Assembly (NCBI GenBank): GCA_016790075.1
Contig: JAEUPP010000061.1
Location: forward strand, 8,225 to 72,224
Length of the DNA stretch: 64,000 nucleotides
DNA from: Rhodanobacteraceae bacterium
GTDB taxonomy: Bacteria; Pseudomonadota; Gammaproteobacteria; Xanthomonadales; Rhodanobacteraceae
Direction of reading: 5' to 3'
Shown here piece after piece: positions 51,301 to 59,837 of the stretch (its first letter is position 1; each line of letters begins with the position of its first letter). Under the pieces are notes generated by a model. That model searched no databases and was not told the origin of the DNA. It was given only the letters and a program-made list of their open reading frames with translations. A program made the position numbers and the translations under genes.

Positions 51301-52445
51301 TGTCCTTGCACTGCACCGAGCAGCCGACAGCAGGTTATCTGCGCCAGTTCGACAGCGATCGCTCAGCACTGCTGCATGAACTCGTACGCTGCAACGGCGT
51401 TCTGTTCAGCGCAACACAGCCTCTGCTTTACCGCATTGGCAAGCACGGGCCTGTGCCGGACCTGCACGGAGCGGAAGCAATCTGGGCCAAAGCAACTTGG
51501 AACTTTCATGGCGGGCTTGCGAGTGGCGCTGCACTTGCGGCTGGCCTGCTCGCGTTTGCCTATTGCCTGGTGCAACTGGTCCAGTCGACCCGCGAGACCC
51601 GCACGACGCAGTTGCCGGGAGCCACACGGGTACTCATGGCCGCCCCCTGGTGGAATTCTCCGATGCTACGGCTGCGCGACGCTCGACGCTTGACCGCGTT
51701 GGTCGCCGTCGGCGTAGTGATCGGCCTGCTCATCATTCCCTCCAGCGAACTACTGTCCACCCAGCCGGGTTTCCGAGCACTGCTGCAACTCACCCTGCTC
51801 GCTGCACTGGCGCAAATACTCTGGTATGTCATCACGCGCCGGCTGCGCGACTGGATGCGCCATATCGAGCTGGCTATTCGTGCAAGCGGCGCAAAAGAGC
51901 TGGTCGACTGGGCGGAACTGCCCGGCCCCAAACCCAACTTCGTCGCTACCCCGGTGCTGGCGGGCAGCTACTGGTTCGTACTCAAGCCCGATATGGCTGC
52001 TGAGCTCTTTCGCAGTCAGCTCACCGCACTCGAATTCGGATTTCAGGATTCGCTGACGCTGCGTCTCGCACTGCGCCAGCTATTGCTGCCTGGGCTGCGC
52101 GCCGTATTCCGCCTGGCCTGCGTAAGCTTTGTGGCCTGCCTCGCTGTCGTGCTGGTCACCCTGTTCTACCCGGTACCACACCGCTCGGTGCCTCTCGTCG
52201 GCGCCTTCCTGCTGCTGCTATCCGGCACCTGGCTGGCCACGGCTCACACCATCGCGTTCGAGCGCAGCGGTCTACTGAGCCGGCTCTACTGCGGCACCGA
52301 GGCCGGACTGAAGATTTCCACGCAACTTATTGCAACGATTGCCGGCCCTCTGACCCTGCTGATCCTCTCGCTGATCCTCGCCGACCAGCCCGGCGTCATG
52401 GATACCGCAGGCGGCCTGCTGAAGTGGCTGGCTACTCTCAAGTAA
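48318..52445 (+). CDS. Large uncharacterised membrane protein (1375 aa)
   Basis: Signal peptide, Cys-rich N-terminus, 11-residue repeats, alpha/beta region (VLFIVGETQTYG, VLGPTFSGS, IIVVASDVRD), about six C-terminal hydrophobic helices. Confidence 0.8.
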   Translation: MASYFAVRRSAGFRLAGLIVAGMLALVSQPAGAVEQGGKTSANTEACALALLQAAETPTFTVPPDACQTLVSRTNWQKKPIAGSAECSTGNLAGCLEAAFDIDSPREILGFVRQHCSALVENAWQPRYGGPEASEPALQTCRQALKLLERRDIKSKFDGRAEQRRSRLVGECLLPLENCRDPATCRDLPLCAAALYDLPCSGEACTRWFERDRLTAERQRELGIRAVMEQIEDRDQRRTEVKKTLRQQDIVAEDARDNDQNIAYKARASNSEIAAAARANDQEIAYEARISDSVIAQHGRDTADRIARESLDMQREIAQGNHDAAGKFSTQMKESLGDLASAIEKLSGEEPSKTESPVRQIDPNQPIEDLFPEADSISYAIATLPHPAVPRHRRSYYAATDSLDSGMHANGYNFVTYYDPWTEYRDAKNDSAPDSWQLGNFANDASYGIRIYRHEGWRCTDSEEPCDKATRLRVLFIVGETQTYGVQRKALDAALWRSVAEVHREHDSNSPLTMLLERHVDKDRFNASELIRSLAIEVFRAVTDAPCYVSPRRAYQPCPTVRINREVLVLGPTFSGSVDGLSQAASTINEQLQKRILIPLKLVAELKSLRHALDDEEARKRRYSIATDSTSTTDGDLTTALAKLRRCLDALELRSTDRTGKALIANACKSEKVNKAHEESKEKEDHAENFCQAQIENTNCSSDPDKQPQPVTIDRVFQLYERASQLANKLGYAAILTPKVQVSIHAISATATATSNSKINSTNPERFTQQTLAISDERKLCSVLKNMQKVYGSVTHVALLHEPTAFGRDAYLTLRRLAKVSNEKEESAGAQCKLPFTISEDNVIGLDFPPNISDLRQKLRDSDKQARTELDLTDLTTSDSHLPIDEGVENGNEYPNGAGSKLAAVAADQRLRLQLDKLASFKPDLIIVVASDVRDRLYLFDRLSRTASDAALVDLEADLLLGHPDYLHATRGIRMVSSSALYSSAPDPGALNSQLSLHCTEQPTAGYLRQFDSDRSALLHELVRCNGVLFSATQPLLYRIGKHGPVPDLHGAEAIWAKATWNFHGGLASGAALAAGLLAFAYCLVQLVQSTRETRTTQLPGATRVLMAAPWWNSPMLRLRDARRLTALVAVGVVIGLLIIPSSELLSTQPGFRALLQLTLLAALAQILWYVITRRLRDWMRHIELAIRASGAKELVDWAELPGPKPNFVATPVLAGSYWFVLKPDMAAELFRSQLTALEFGFQDSLTLRLALRQLLLPGLRAVFRLACVSFVACLAVVLVTLFYPVPHRSVPLVGAFLLLLSGTWLATAHTIAFERSGLLSRLYCGTEAGLKISTQLIATIAGPLTLLILSLILADQPGVMDTAGGLLKWLATLK

Positions 52446-52463
52446 CCGCGGAGGCACCTTGTT

Positions 52464-53135
52464 ATGCGCTACTACACGATAGTCAACGAGGCGGACGTCA
52501 TTGATGACGACGAGCAAAAGGATCCGGTGCGTCTTGCGCTGACGGTTTTCGATAACGATGTAAGGCTATACCTGCGGCGCGACCGCGACCCCAACAATAC
52601 AAATGATGAAGAGGCATTCGCCAAACAGATCGACGGCACACCGCGCGAGCCCTGCACGCTGATCGCCATCGGCAACGGCGCGAAGTTTGCGCTGGATACG
52701 CTCGCACTGGTGGCCAAACGCGCGTCCGCAGCGCTTTCTGCACACAGCTACAGGCCTTTCATTCAGCTGATACTGGTAGCCCCGATCTGTGCTAGCGGCG
52801 AGTTTGTCGAGACGGCGCATCATCTGTCACGCGGCGCGCTGGCTGCCAGTGTGTGTCATCGCGTAGTCGTGCTGCATGCGGACAACGGCGGAGCCAGGCC
52901 GGTGCTGGGCGAACTCGCGGGCACGCTCGGTCTATGGGGCCCCGCAGGAACACCCTTCAGCAACGTGCTGGCGCTTGATGTCTCTGTGCTGCTGCTCACC
53001 CAGCATGTTGGTCTGGGCGCGTATCTGAAAGCGCCCGAAGTGCTAGGTCTGATCGCGCGCGCTGCGGGCGGTGCGAGTGACGAAACGCTGCGCCGGTTCG
53101 CGCGGCGCGGCTGCAGGAGCAAGGCGGAGGACTAG
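52464..53135 (+). CDS. alpha/beta-hydrolase-fold (DUF900-like) protein lacking the catalytic motif
   Basis: TLIAIGNG..ALDTL, QLILVAP, RVVVLHAD, LALDVS, AYLKAPEVL pattern; GAGG RBS 18 bp after the preceding stop. Confidence 0.55.
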   Translation: MRYYTIVNEADVIDDDEQKDPVRLALTVFDNDVRLYLRRDRDPNNTNDEEAFAKQIDGTPREPCTLIAIGNGAKFALDTLALVAKRASAALSAHSYRPFIQLILVAPICASGEFVETAHHLSRGALAASVCHRVVVLHADNGGARPVLGELAGTLGLWGPAGTPFSNVLALDVSVLLLTQHVGLGAYLKAPEVLGLIARAAGGASDETLRRFARRGCRSKAED

Positions 53136-53234
53136 TTCAGCCACCGTGCTTTGGCAGGACAACGGTCTGGCCTTCGTGCCCATACTCCTCAGCGCCGCGC
53201 GAACGACCGCATTCACAGGACTTCTGGCCTGCAC

Positions 53235-53463
53235 GTAAACCCAGCCACCCACGTAAACCCAGCCGTAAACCCAGCCACCCGTAGACCCAGCCACCCAAAA
53301 CTCCAGCGTCGCGTAAACCCAGCCACCCAAAACTCCGAAAATTCCTATGCTCGAGCGAGATCATTTCGCATGCTTCCGCTGCAGTAGCGTAAACCCAGCC
53401 ACCCAAAACTCCGAAAATTCCTATGCTCGAGCGAGATCATTTCGCATGCTTCCGCTGCAGTAG
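53235..53463. repeat. Six GTA(A/G)ACCCAGCC(ACCC) direct repeats, including an exact 76-bp tandem duplication
   Basis: Copies at 53235, 53253, 53265, 53281, 53313 and 53389; 53312-53387 is identical to 53388-53463. Confidence 0.92.
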
Positions 53464-53481
53464 GGGCGGGACAATGCGCTC

Positions 53482-54450
53482 ATGGCCCAGCCCCGCTCCC
53501 AACTGGTCTCTACGGATGAACGCGGCGTATTCCACTGCGTGCAACGCTGTGTGCGCCGGGCCTGGCTGTGTGGTGAGGATAAGTACACCGGCATTTCCTT
53601 TGAGCATCGCAAGCAGTGGGTCACGGACCGAATTGCCCTCGTCGGCCAGTGCTTTGCCGTCGCGATTCATGCCTATGCCGTGATGAGCAATCACCTGCAT
53701 CTGGTGCTGGAAGTTGATCCGCTGGCACCGGCGCACTGGTGTGCTGAAGACATTGCACAACGCTGGGTGCGACTGTTTCCGCCGCGCGAGGCCACCGCGT
53801 CGGCTTTCGAGATGAAATGCCAGTCGGTGATGAATGACCCGATTCGTCTGGGCGTGATCCGCCAGCGTCTAGGCTGTTTGTCCTGGCTGATGAAGTGTCT
53901 GGTTGAACCGATCGCCCGCCGCGCGAACGCGGAAGACCTCTGCAAGGGACGATTCTGGGAAGGCCGTTTCAAGTCGCAGGTATTGAAAGATGAAAAGGCA
54001 TTGCTGGCGGCGATGGCCTATGTGGACTTGAACCCGATCCGGGCGGGCATCGCCAACCGGATGGAAGATCAACAACACACCAGCGTGAGCGAGCGAATTC
54101 AGGAAGCGAACGATCGCCCGCAGTTGCGGGCCTGTGTGATGCAGCCCCGAGTCGCGACCATCACGCCGGCCTTACCGGATATACGACTGCGGGACTATCT
54201 GGAGCTGGTGGAGTGGACCGGCAAGCAGCTACGTGACGGCCAATGTAAAGGTACTTCCGAAACCGCGCCGGCGATTCTCGAACAGATAGAGAAGAACGTC
54301 AGTCGCTGGCCGGTGCGGGTCAAGGCCATCGGTTCGCGTTACTGGCGTGTTGTCGGCGAGGCGCAGGACCTGGTCGACACCGCCAAAGCGCTTGGCCAGC
54401 GCTGGCTGCGTGGTATTGGGTTTGCGAGGTCGCTGGGAAAAATCCGGTGA
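53482..54450 (+). mobile_element. REP-associated tyrosine transposase-like (RAYT, HUH/Y1) gene
   Basis: FHCVQRCVRRAWLCG, HAYAVMSNHLHL (HUH), GRFWEGRFKSQ, AYVDLNPIRAG (catalytic Tyr). Confidence 0.9.
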
Positions 54451-54607
54451 GTCCGAAGACTGGGACGCTTGAAGCGCGCAAGCGAGGATTGACTGCGGGT
54501 GAAGCGAAATTTTCCGCCCGCTGAAACGTTCAGAGAGCCCATCGCCCCACCTTAGAGCAGCGATGGGGCAGTGGGAGCGAAGGTTACGGGGTGCCCGAAG
54601 TTCGCCG

Positions 54608-54696
54608 GAAGTCCAATGGGTGTCCCAGATCAAGTTTCGGAAGTTCGATGGGTGTCCGAGGTCAAGCGGGAAGTTCGATGGGTGTCCGAGGTCAAG
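54608..54696. repeat. Three 27-bp direct repeats with GGGTGTCC core downstream of RAYT
   Basis: GAAGTCCAATGGGTGTCCCAGATCAAG (54608); GAAGTTCGATGGGTGTCCGAGGTCAAG (54640 and 54670). Confidence 0.9.
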
Positions 54697-54850
54697 TTGG
54701 AGGTTAAGTTTCGAGCGCGCCCAGCGCTCAAATTGCCGCCGCTGCTCAGAAGTCAGCTCGACTATGCTTGCCGTACGCATCGCCACCTCCTGACGCCCAG
54801 CATCCTTTTCTGGGGTGGCCGGAAAATCAATACGTTCGAGCAATTACTAG
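54697..54850 (-). pseudogene. IS630-like transposase 5' remnant
   Basis: AGGAGG RBS then MRTASIVELTSEQRRQFERWARS, resembling IS630 N-termini; CTAG about 70 bp upstream; truncated at the repeats. Confidence 0.5.
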
Positions 54851-55139
54851 GCACTGCGCTCGATCCGCCGATCTTTGCTCGATCCAGCAGCGATCCGCGA
54901 GGTCTGGCTTCGCCTGCCCAGCCCGGGGATAGGGATGGACCCGGCCCCCATACTTGCCGCACCGAGTCAAACCCGCGATGCTTGCGCCGCGCTGGCGGGC
55001 GCAGATAGCGCGGATTTCGCTGGAAACCGCAGAAATGCCGATGTTCGGGTTGCGGATTTACAGCTGACTGCAGCAATGCCCTCGGCTTTGCACCTGTCGG
55101 CCCACCAACCGCCAACTCGTTTTTCTCCAAGGCGTTGTC

Positions 55140-55424
55140 GTGCACCACAATAATTTCCGCATTCCGGCCGCTCATCCTTGCCTGGCCGGTCATTTCCCGG
55201 GTAATCCGGTGGTACCCGGCGTGGTCGTGCTCGATGCAGTTGCTGCTGCGCTGAGACAGTGCCATGACCAGCGAATAACCGGTTTTCGCGCGGTCAAGTT
55301 CGTAGCGCCGCTTTTGCCCGAACAGGACGCTGCGCTTGAGCTCGATCTGGCAGGGCAACGCCTGCGTTTCCGCGTAACACGAGGCAGTGACCTGATCGCC
55401 AGCGGCGAGGCCAGCACGGCATGA
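55140..55424 (+). CDS. FabA/FabZ-like hot-dog dehydratase (aryl-polyene-type cluster)
   Basis: HPCLAGHFPGNPVVPGVVVLD, VKFVAPLLP. Confidence 0.85.
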   Translation: MHHNNFRIPAAHPCLAGHFPGNPVVPGVVVLDAVAAALRQCHDQRITGFRAVKFVAPLLPEQDAALELDLAGQRLRFRVTRGSDLIASGEASTA

Positions 55425-56368
55425 GCAATCCGCACTGGACTGATCGCCCCGAGGGCGGCGGCCATTTCGCGATTTGGCTGATTCGTTCGATTGCGCTGTA
55501 CGGCGGCCGCCCATTCGCGCGGCTGTTCCTGTATCCAATCGCCTTGTACTTCTATTTGCGTCGCAGACCTGAGCGCGAGGCCTCGCGCGCGTTCCTTGGC
55601 CGCGTGCTCGGCCAGGCAGCGGGTTCACTGGCTGTGATGCGCCATATCCATCGTTTTGCCGGGGTGATACTCGATCGCGTATTCCTGCTCGCGCGCGACG
55701 ATGCACGTCAGTTTGCGCTGGAGATCCACGGCCTTGACCTGTTACTGGACACCTACCGCCAGGGCCGCGGCATGCTGCTGCTGGGCTCGCACCTGGGCAG
55801 TTTTGAAATTCTGCGTGTCCTCGCACGCGAACGCCCCGAGGTCAAGCTCAAGGTCGTGCTCGACAAGTCACAGACACCAGCGATCACCGAGTTGCTGCAT
55901 GCACTGAATCCCGCCATAGGTGACAGCGTCATCGACGCTTCGGCTGGCGGCACGGCGATCGTGCTGGGCATCAAGGACGCGGTTGAGCAGGGTGCCGTGG
56001 TCGCCCTGCTTGGCGACCGCGCGCGGCCGCAGGAGCCGACACGTCCTGCCATTTTTTTTGGCGAACCCGCGGCCCTGCCGGTTGCGCCCTACCTGATCGC
56101 CTCGGTGCTCGATACGCCGGTACTGCTCTGCTTTGGTCTGTATCGCGGCGGCAATCGCTATTCGCTGCATTTCGAGCATTTCGCCGAGCGCATTGAGATT
56201 CCGCGCAGCGAACGCAACCGACGGCTCGACGAATGGCTTGCGCGCTACGCCTCGCGGCTGGAGCATTATGCGCGCCTGGATCCCTACAACTGGTTCAATT
56301 TCTATGATTTCTGGCACAGTGATCGCGTTGAGCCTGTTGTTGCCACTGGCGAGCCGCGCCGCGCCTGA
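55421..56368 (+). CDS. LpxL-like lysophospholipid acyltransferase (aryl-polyene-type cluster)
   Basis: LLLGSHLGSFE, VALLGDR, DPYNWFNFYDFW. Confidence 0.9.
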   Translation: MSNPHWTDRPEGGGHFAIWLIRSIALYGGRPFARLFLYPIALYFYLRRRPEREASRAFLGRVLGQAAGSLAVMRHIHRFAGVILDRVFLLARDDARQFALEIHGLDLLLDTYRQGRGMLLLGSHLGSFEILRVLARERPEVKLKVVLDKSQTPAITELLHALNPAIGDSVIDASAGGTAIVLGIKDAVEQGAVVALLGDRARPQEPTRPAIFFGEPAALPVAPYLIASVLDTPVLLCFGLYRGGNRYSLHFEHFAERIEIPRSERNRRLDEWLARYASRLEHYARLDPYNWFNFYDFWHSDRVEPVVATGEPRRA

Positions 56369-56966
56369 GGCCGCAGCCTGCGGCAAGGACTGCCCCTCCG
56401 CTGAAACGGTAAAGCGCATCGAGCAGCTCAGGCGGCCGCTGCCGGCGACGACGGGTTATACCGAGGTGCGATTCGTGCAGATGCTTGATGCGCCGCTGAT
56501 CCTGCGAGGCGAGCTGTCCTATTCCAGCGCAAACGAACTTGGCAAGCGCGTGGTCTCGCCGTATCAGGAGACCACGACTATCGCCAACGGCCAGGTCGAG
56601 ATCACCCGCCCCGGCAAGCCGGTCAAGCGCTTCAGTCTCAAGCGCGCGCCGGCACTGGTGGGCTTTCTCGAAAGCTTCAGCGCAACCCTCGCCGGCGACG
56701 CACAACGTCTCGCACGCAGCTATGCGCTCAGCAGCGAAGGCAACGACCTGCAGTGGCAGTTGCAGCTGGTACCGCGTGATGCGGCGCTGGCCAAGCACGT
56801 CAAGCGTGTCGTCATCAGCGGACAGGAAGCAGTACCGCAGTGTTTCGAGATCGAGGAAAGCGGAGGTGACAGCAGTCTGCTGCTGGTCGATGCACTCGCG
56901 GACACACCGCTGCCGGCGGCACCGCAGCGCGATGCGCTGCAGCAGCTTTGCCACCGCACGCTGTGA
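56304..56966 (+). CDS. LolA-related lipoprotein carrier
   Basis: Signal peptide; YTEVRFVQMLDAPLILRGEL, WQLQLVPRD; cluster position. Confidence 0.8.
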   Translation: MISGTVIALSLLLPLASRAAPEAAACGKDCPSAETVKRIEQLRRPLPATTGYTEVRFVQMLDAPLILRGELSYSSANELGKRVVSPYQETTTIANGQVEITRPGKPVKRFSLKRAPALVGFLESFSATLAGDAQRLARSYALSSEGNDLQWQLQLVPRDAALAKHVKRVVISGQEAVPQCFEIEESGGDSSLLLVDALADTPLPAAPQRDALQQLCHRTL

Positions 56967-59296
56967 GCCCGCGCACGCGTTTGGCCCTGCTGCTAGGCTG
57001 GCTCGCGCTGCTAGCGGGTCTGCTCGCTTATGTGCTTGGCACCCTGCGGGTCAGCACCGACCTGCGCAGCTTCATGCCGCCGGCGCGCACGCCCGAGCAG
57101 CGTCTGTTGCTCGACGAAATCGGCGAAGGTCCTGGCTCACGCCTGCTGCTGCTGGCGCTGGACGGTGAAGAGCCGGACGTCCTTGCGGATCTCAGCAAGG
57201 CGCTGGTGCAGAAGATTCGCGCCGATCAGCGTTTCGTTCGTGCCCTGAATGGCGAAGGCGATCTGGGCGCGCTGGCTGAGGACTTGTTGCCCTATCGCTA
57301 TCTGCTGTCGACGACGCTCGACAGCCAGCGTCTCGATACCGCGACCTTGCGCGACGAGCTGCAGCAGCGTGTGCAGGATCTTGGCTCTCCCGCTGCTGCC
57401 TGGCTGAAACCCCTTCTGGCCAGCGATCCCACGCTGGAAACACTTAAGCTCGCGCAGGCCTGGGCGCCGCCGGGCGAACCCGAGCGCTACGCCGATGTCT
57501 GGTTCACCCGCGACGGCGAGACAGCGCTGCTGCTTGCCGAAACCGTGGCCGGCGGCTTCGACCCCGCTGCACAGCGCGCCGCACAGGAAGCCTTGAGCTC
57601 CTATTTCCACGAAGCAGCAAAAGAAACTAACGCAAAAATCACACTGAGCGGACCCGGTGTATTCACCGTGCGAATCAACGCGACAACCAGCGACGAGGCC
57701 AGCCGCATAGGCCTGTTTGATTCGATCGGTTTTGTTGCCTTGCTGCTGCTCGCCTATCGCCGCGTTACCACGGTGCTCGCGGGTGCATTGCCGCTGCTCA
57801 GTGGCGGCCTGGCCGGCATGGCTGCGCTGGCGCTGCTGTTCGGCGGCGCACATGGCATCACCCTGGCATTCGGCTTCACCTTGATCGGTGTTGCACAGGA
57901 CTATCCCATCCACCTGTTCAGTCATCTGCGCCGCGAGCGCACACCGGTCGCGGTCGCCGGTCTGCTCTGGCCTACGCTTGCGACCGGTGTGGCATCGACC
58001 TGTATCGCTTATCTCGCGTTCTTTGCTTCCGGTGTGGACGGTCTTGAGCAACTGGCCGTGTTCACGATAGTCGGGCTTGCAACAGCCGCACTGACCACGC
58101 GTTTCGGCCTGGCCCATCTGCTGGGCAGCCAGCCGCACGATGCGGCACAGTCGGCCTGGCTCGCGGCGCTGTGGCGCTGGCTCGCCAAACTGCCGCGCCC
58201 ACGCTGGCTGGCACCACTGCTGGCCATGACAGCCATCGGCGCCATGATCTGGGCTCCGGGTGCATTCTGGGAAAACAACCTGGCCGCGCTGACACCCGCG
58301 CCGGCCGATCTGGTCGCGCAAGATACGCGGCTGCGCGCCGAGCTGGGCGCGCCCGATGTGCGCTATCTGCTCGTAATCGAGGCCAGCACGGCCGACGCCG
58401 TGCTCGCGGCCAGCGAAAAACTCGAACCCAGGCTCGTGCAGTTGCAGCGCGACGGCGCGATTGGCGGCTATGAGCTGCCGTCACGCTATCTGCCCAGCGC
58501 TGCGACACAGCGCCTGCGCCAGAGCCAGCTTCCCGATGCCGCGACCTTGCGCAACGCACTCGCCAGCGCGCAGCAAGGGCTACCGTTCAAACCTGGCAGC
58601 TTCGATTCATTCCTGCGCGACGTCGATGCCGCACGTGGACTGCCGCCGCTGAGTGCCGAGCGCTATTTTGCCTCGCCCCTGGGCCTGCGCCTGAGAGCCC
58701 AGCTGCAGGCCCGTGATGGTCACTGGATAGGACTGGTCAATCTGTCTGGCGTCGCCGATCGCGAGGCCCTGGTCAGGTTTGCCGCAGCGCCCGACACGAC
58801 GGCGCGCCTGCTGGACCTCAAACATGCCTCGGAATCACTGGTCGCGGCCTATCGTACACGCGTGCTGTATTCACTCGCGGTCGCCTCCGTGCTGCTGGTC
58901 GCGGTCGTGAGCATGGCGCTGCGCCGGCGCAGCCGCGTGCTGCGCGTACTGCTGCCGATGGCAGTGACCACACTGCTGATACTCGCCGTGCTGCGTCTTT
59001 GCGGCGTGTCGCTGTCGCTGTTTCACCTGATCGCACTGGTGCTCGCCGCCGGACTGGGCCTGGACTACGCACTGTTTTTCGAGCACGTCGAAGACGACGA
59101 ACAGGAACAGCGCCTCACCTTGCACGCCATACTTGTCTGCAGCGCCAGCACCTTTTTCGTGTTCTTGCTGCTGGCGTTGTCATCACTGCCAGTACTGCGC
59201 GCAATCGGCACGACCGTAACCCTCGGAGTTGCCTTCAACTTCGTGCTTGCGCTGCTGTTCACACGCCCGCGCCAGGAGATCGTTGGTGCTCGATAA
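56963..59296 (+). CDS. MMPL/RND-family lipid exporter
   Basis: ITLAFGFTLIGVAQDYPIH and LAAGLGLDYALF, two membrane repeats; GTGA coupling to the upstream gene. Confidence 0.9.
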   Translation: MSPRTRLALLLGWLALLAGLLAYVLGTLRVSTDLRSFMPPARTPEQRLLLDEIGEGPGSRLLLLALDGEEPDVLADLSKALVQKIRADQRFVRALNGEGDLGALAEDLLPYRYLLSTTLDSQRLDTATLRDELQQRVQDLGSPAAAWLKPLLASDPTLETLKLAQAWAPPGEPERYADVWFTRDGETALLLAETVAGGFDPAAQRAAQEALSSYFHEAAKETNAKITLSGPGVFTVRINATTSDEASRIGLFDSIGFVALLLLAYRRVTTVLAGALPLLSGGLAGMAALALLFGGAHGITLAFGFTLIGVAQDYPIHLFSHLRRERTPVAVAGLLWPTLATGVASTCIAYLAFFASGVDGLEQLAVFTIVGLATAALTTRFGLAHLLGSQPHDAAQSAWLAALWRWLAKLPRPRWLAPLLAMTAIGAMIWAPGAFWENNLAALTPAPADLVAQDTRLRAELGAPDVRYLLVIEASTADAVLAASEKLEPRLVQLQRDGAIGGYELPSRYLPSAATQRLRQSQLPDAATLRNALASAQQGLPFKPGSFDSFLRDVDAARGLPPLSAERYFASPLGLRLRAQLQARDGHWIGLVNLSGVADREALVRFAAAPDTTARLLDLKHASESLVAAYRTRVLYSLAVASVLLVAVVSMALRRRSRVLRVLLPMAVTTLLILAVLRLCGVSLSLFHLIALVLAAGLGLDYALFFEHVEDDEQEQRLTLHAILVCSASTFFVFLLLALSSLPVLRAIGTTVTLGVAFNFVLALLFTRPRQEIVGAR

Positions 59297-59726
59297 ATCC
59301 CACTGGGGCAAGCTGATCCCGCATCAGGGAGACATGTGCCTGCTCGACACCGTGGTCCACTGGGACGCACACCACATCCATGCGCGCAGCGTCTCGCACA
59401 CGCGTGCAGACCACCCGCTACGCCGCGACGGACGCCTGCATGCGCTGAATCTGTGCGAATACGGCGCCCAGGCCATGGCTGTCCATGGCGGCCTGCTGGC
59501 GGCTGGCAACGGTGACCGCGCTGCGCCAGGCTTTCTCGTATCGCTGCGCGATGTGCAGCTGATGCGCGAATTTGTCGAGGACCTCAGCGGCGAACTCGAT
59601 GTGCACGGCCAACGGCTGCTGGCAGGCGAACAAAGCTGGCAATACGCGTTTCGCATTGAACATCAGGGCGTACTCGTCGCCAGCGGTCGCGCCGCGGTCA
59701 TCGTTCAACCCGGTGCGGCGACATGA
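59286..59726 (+). CDS. 3-hydroxyacyl-ACP dehydratase-like hot-dog protein
   Basis: LIPHQGDMCLLDTV, LCEYGAQAMAVHGGL. Confidence 0.85.
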   Translation: MLDKSHWGKLIPHQGDMCLLDTVVHWDAHHIHARSVSHTRADHPLRRDGRLHALNLCEYGAQAMAVHGGLLAAGNGDRAAPGFLVSLRDVQLMREFVEDLSGELDVHGQRLLAGEQSWQYAFRIEHQGVLVASGRAAVIVQPGAAT

Positions 59727-59837
59727 TGGCGCTTTCGCAGCGGCATCCATTCTTGTTGCACGACCGTAGCAGCGAACAGCGGAACGCAAGCGCCTCGCAG
59801 GCAGCACCTATCCGGAACTTCCCATGACTTCAAAACC

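Noticed and set aside
54608-54696. 27-bp repeats as a CRISPR array
   Set aside because: Spacers of 3-5 nt; better explained as RAYT-associated repeats
54762-55826. 354-aa and 92-aa plus-strand ORFs upstream of and overlapping the polyene genes as a missing ligase or ACP
   Set aside because: Low-complexity Arg/Gly/Ala translation with no AMP-binding or DSL/phosphopantetheine motif
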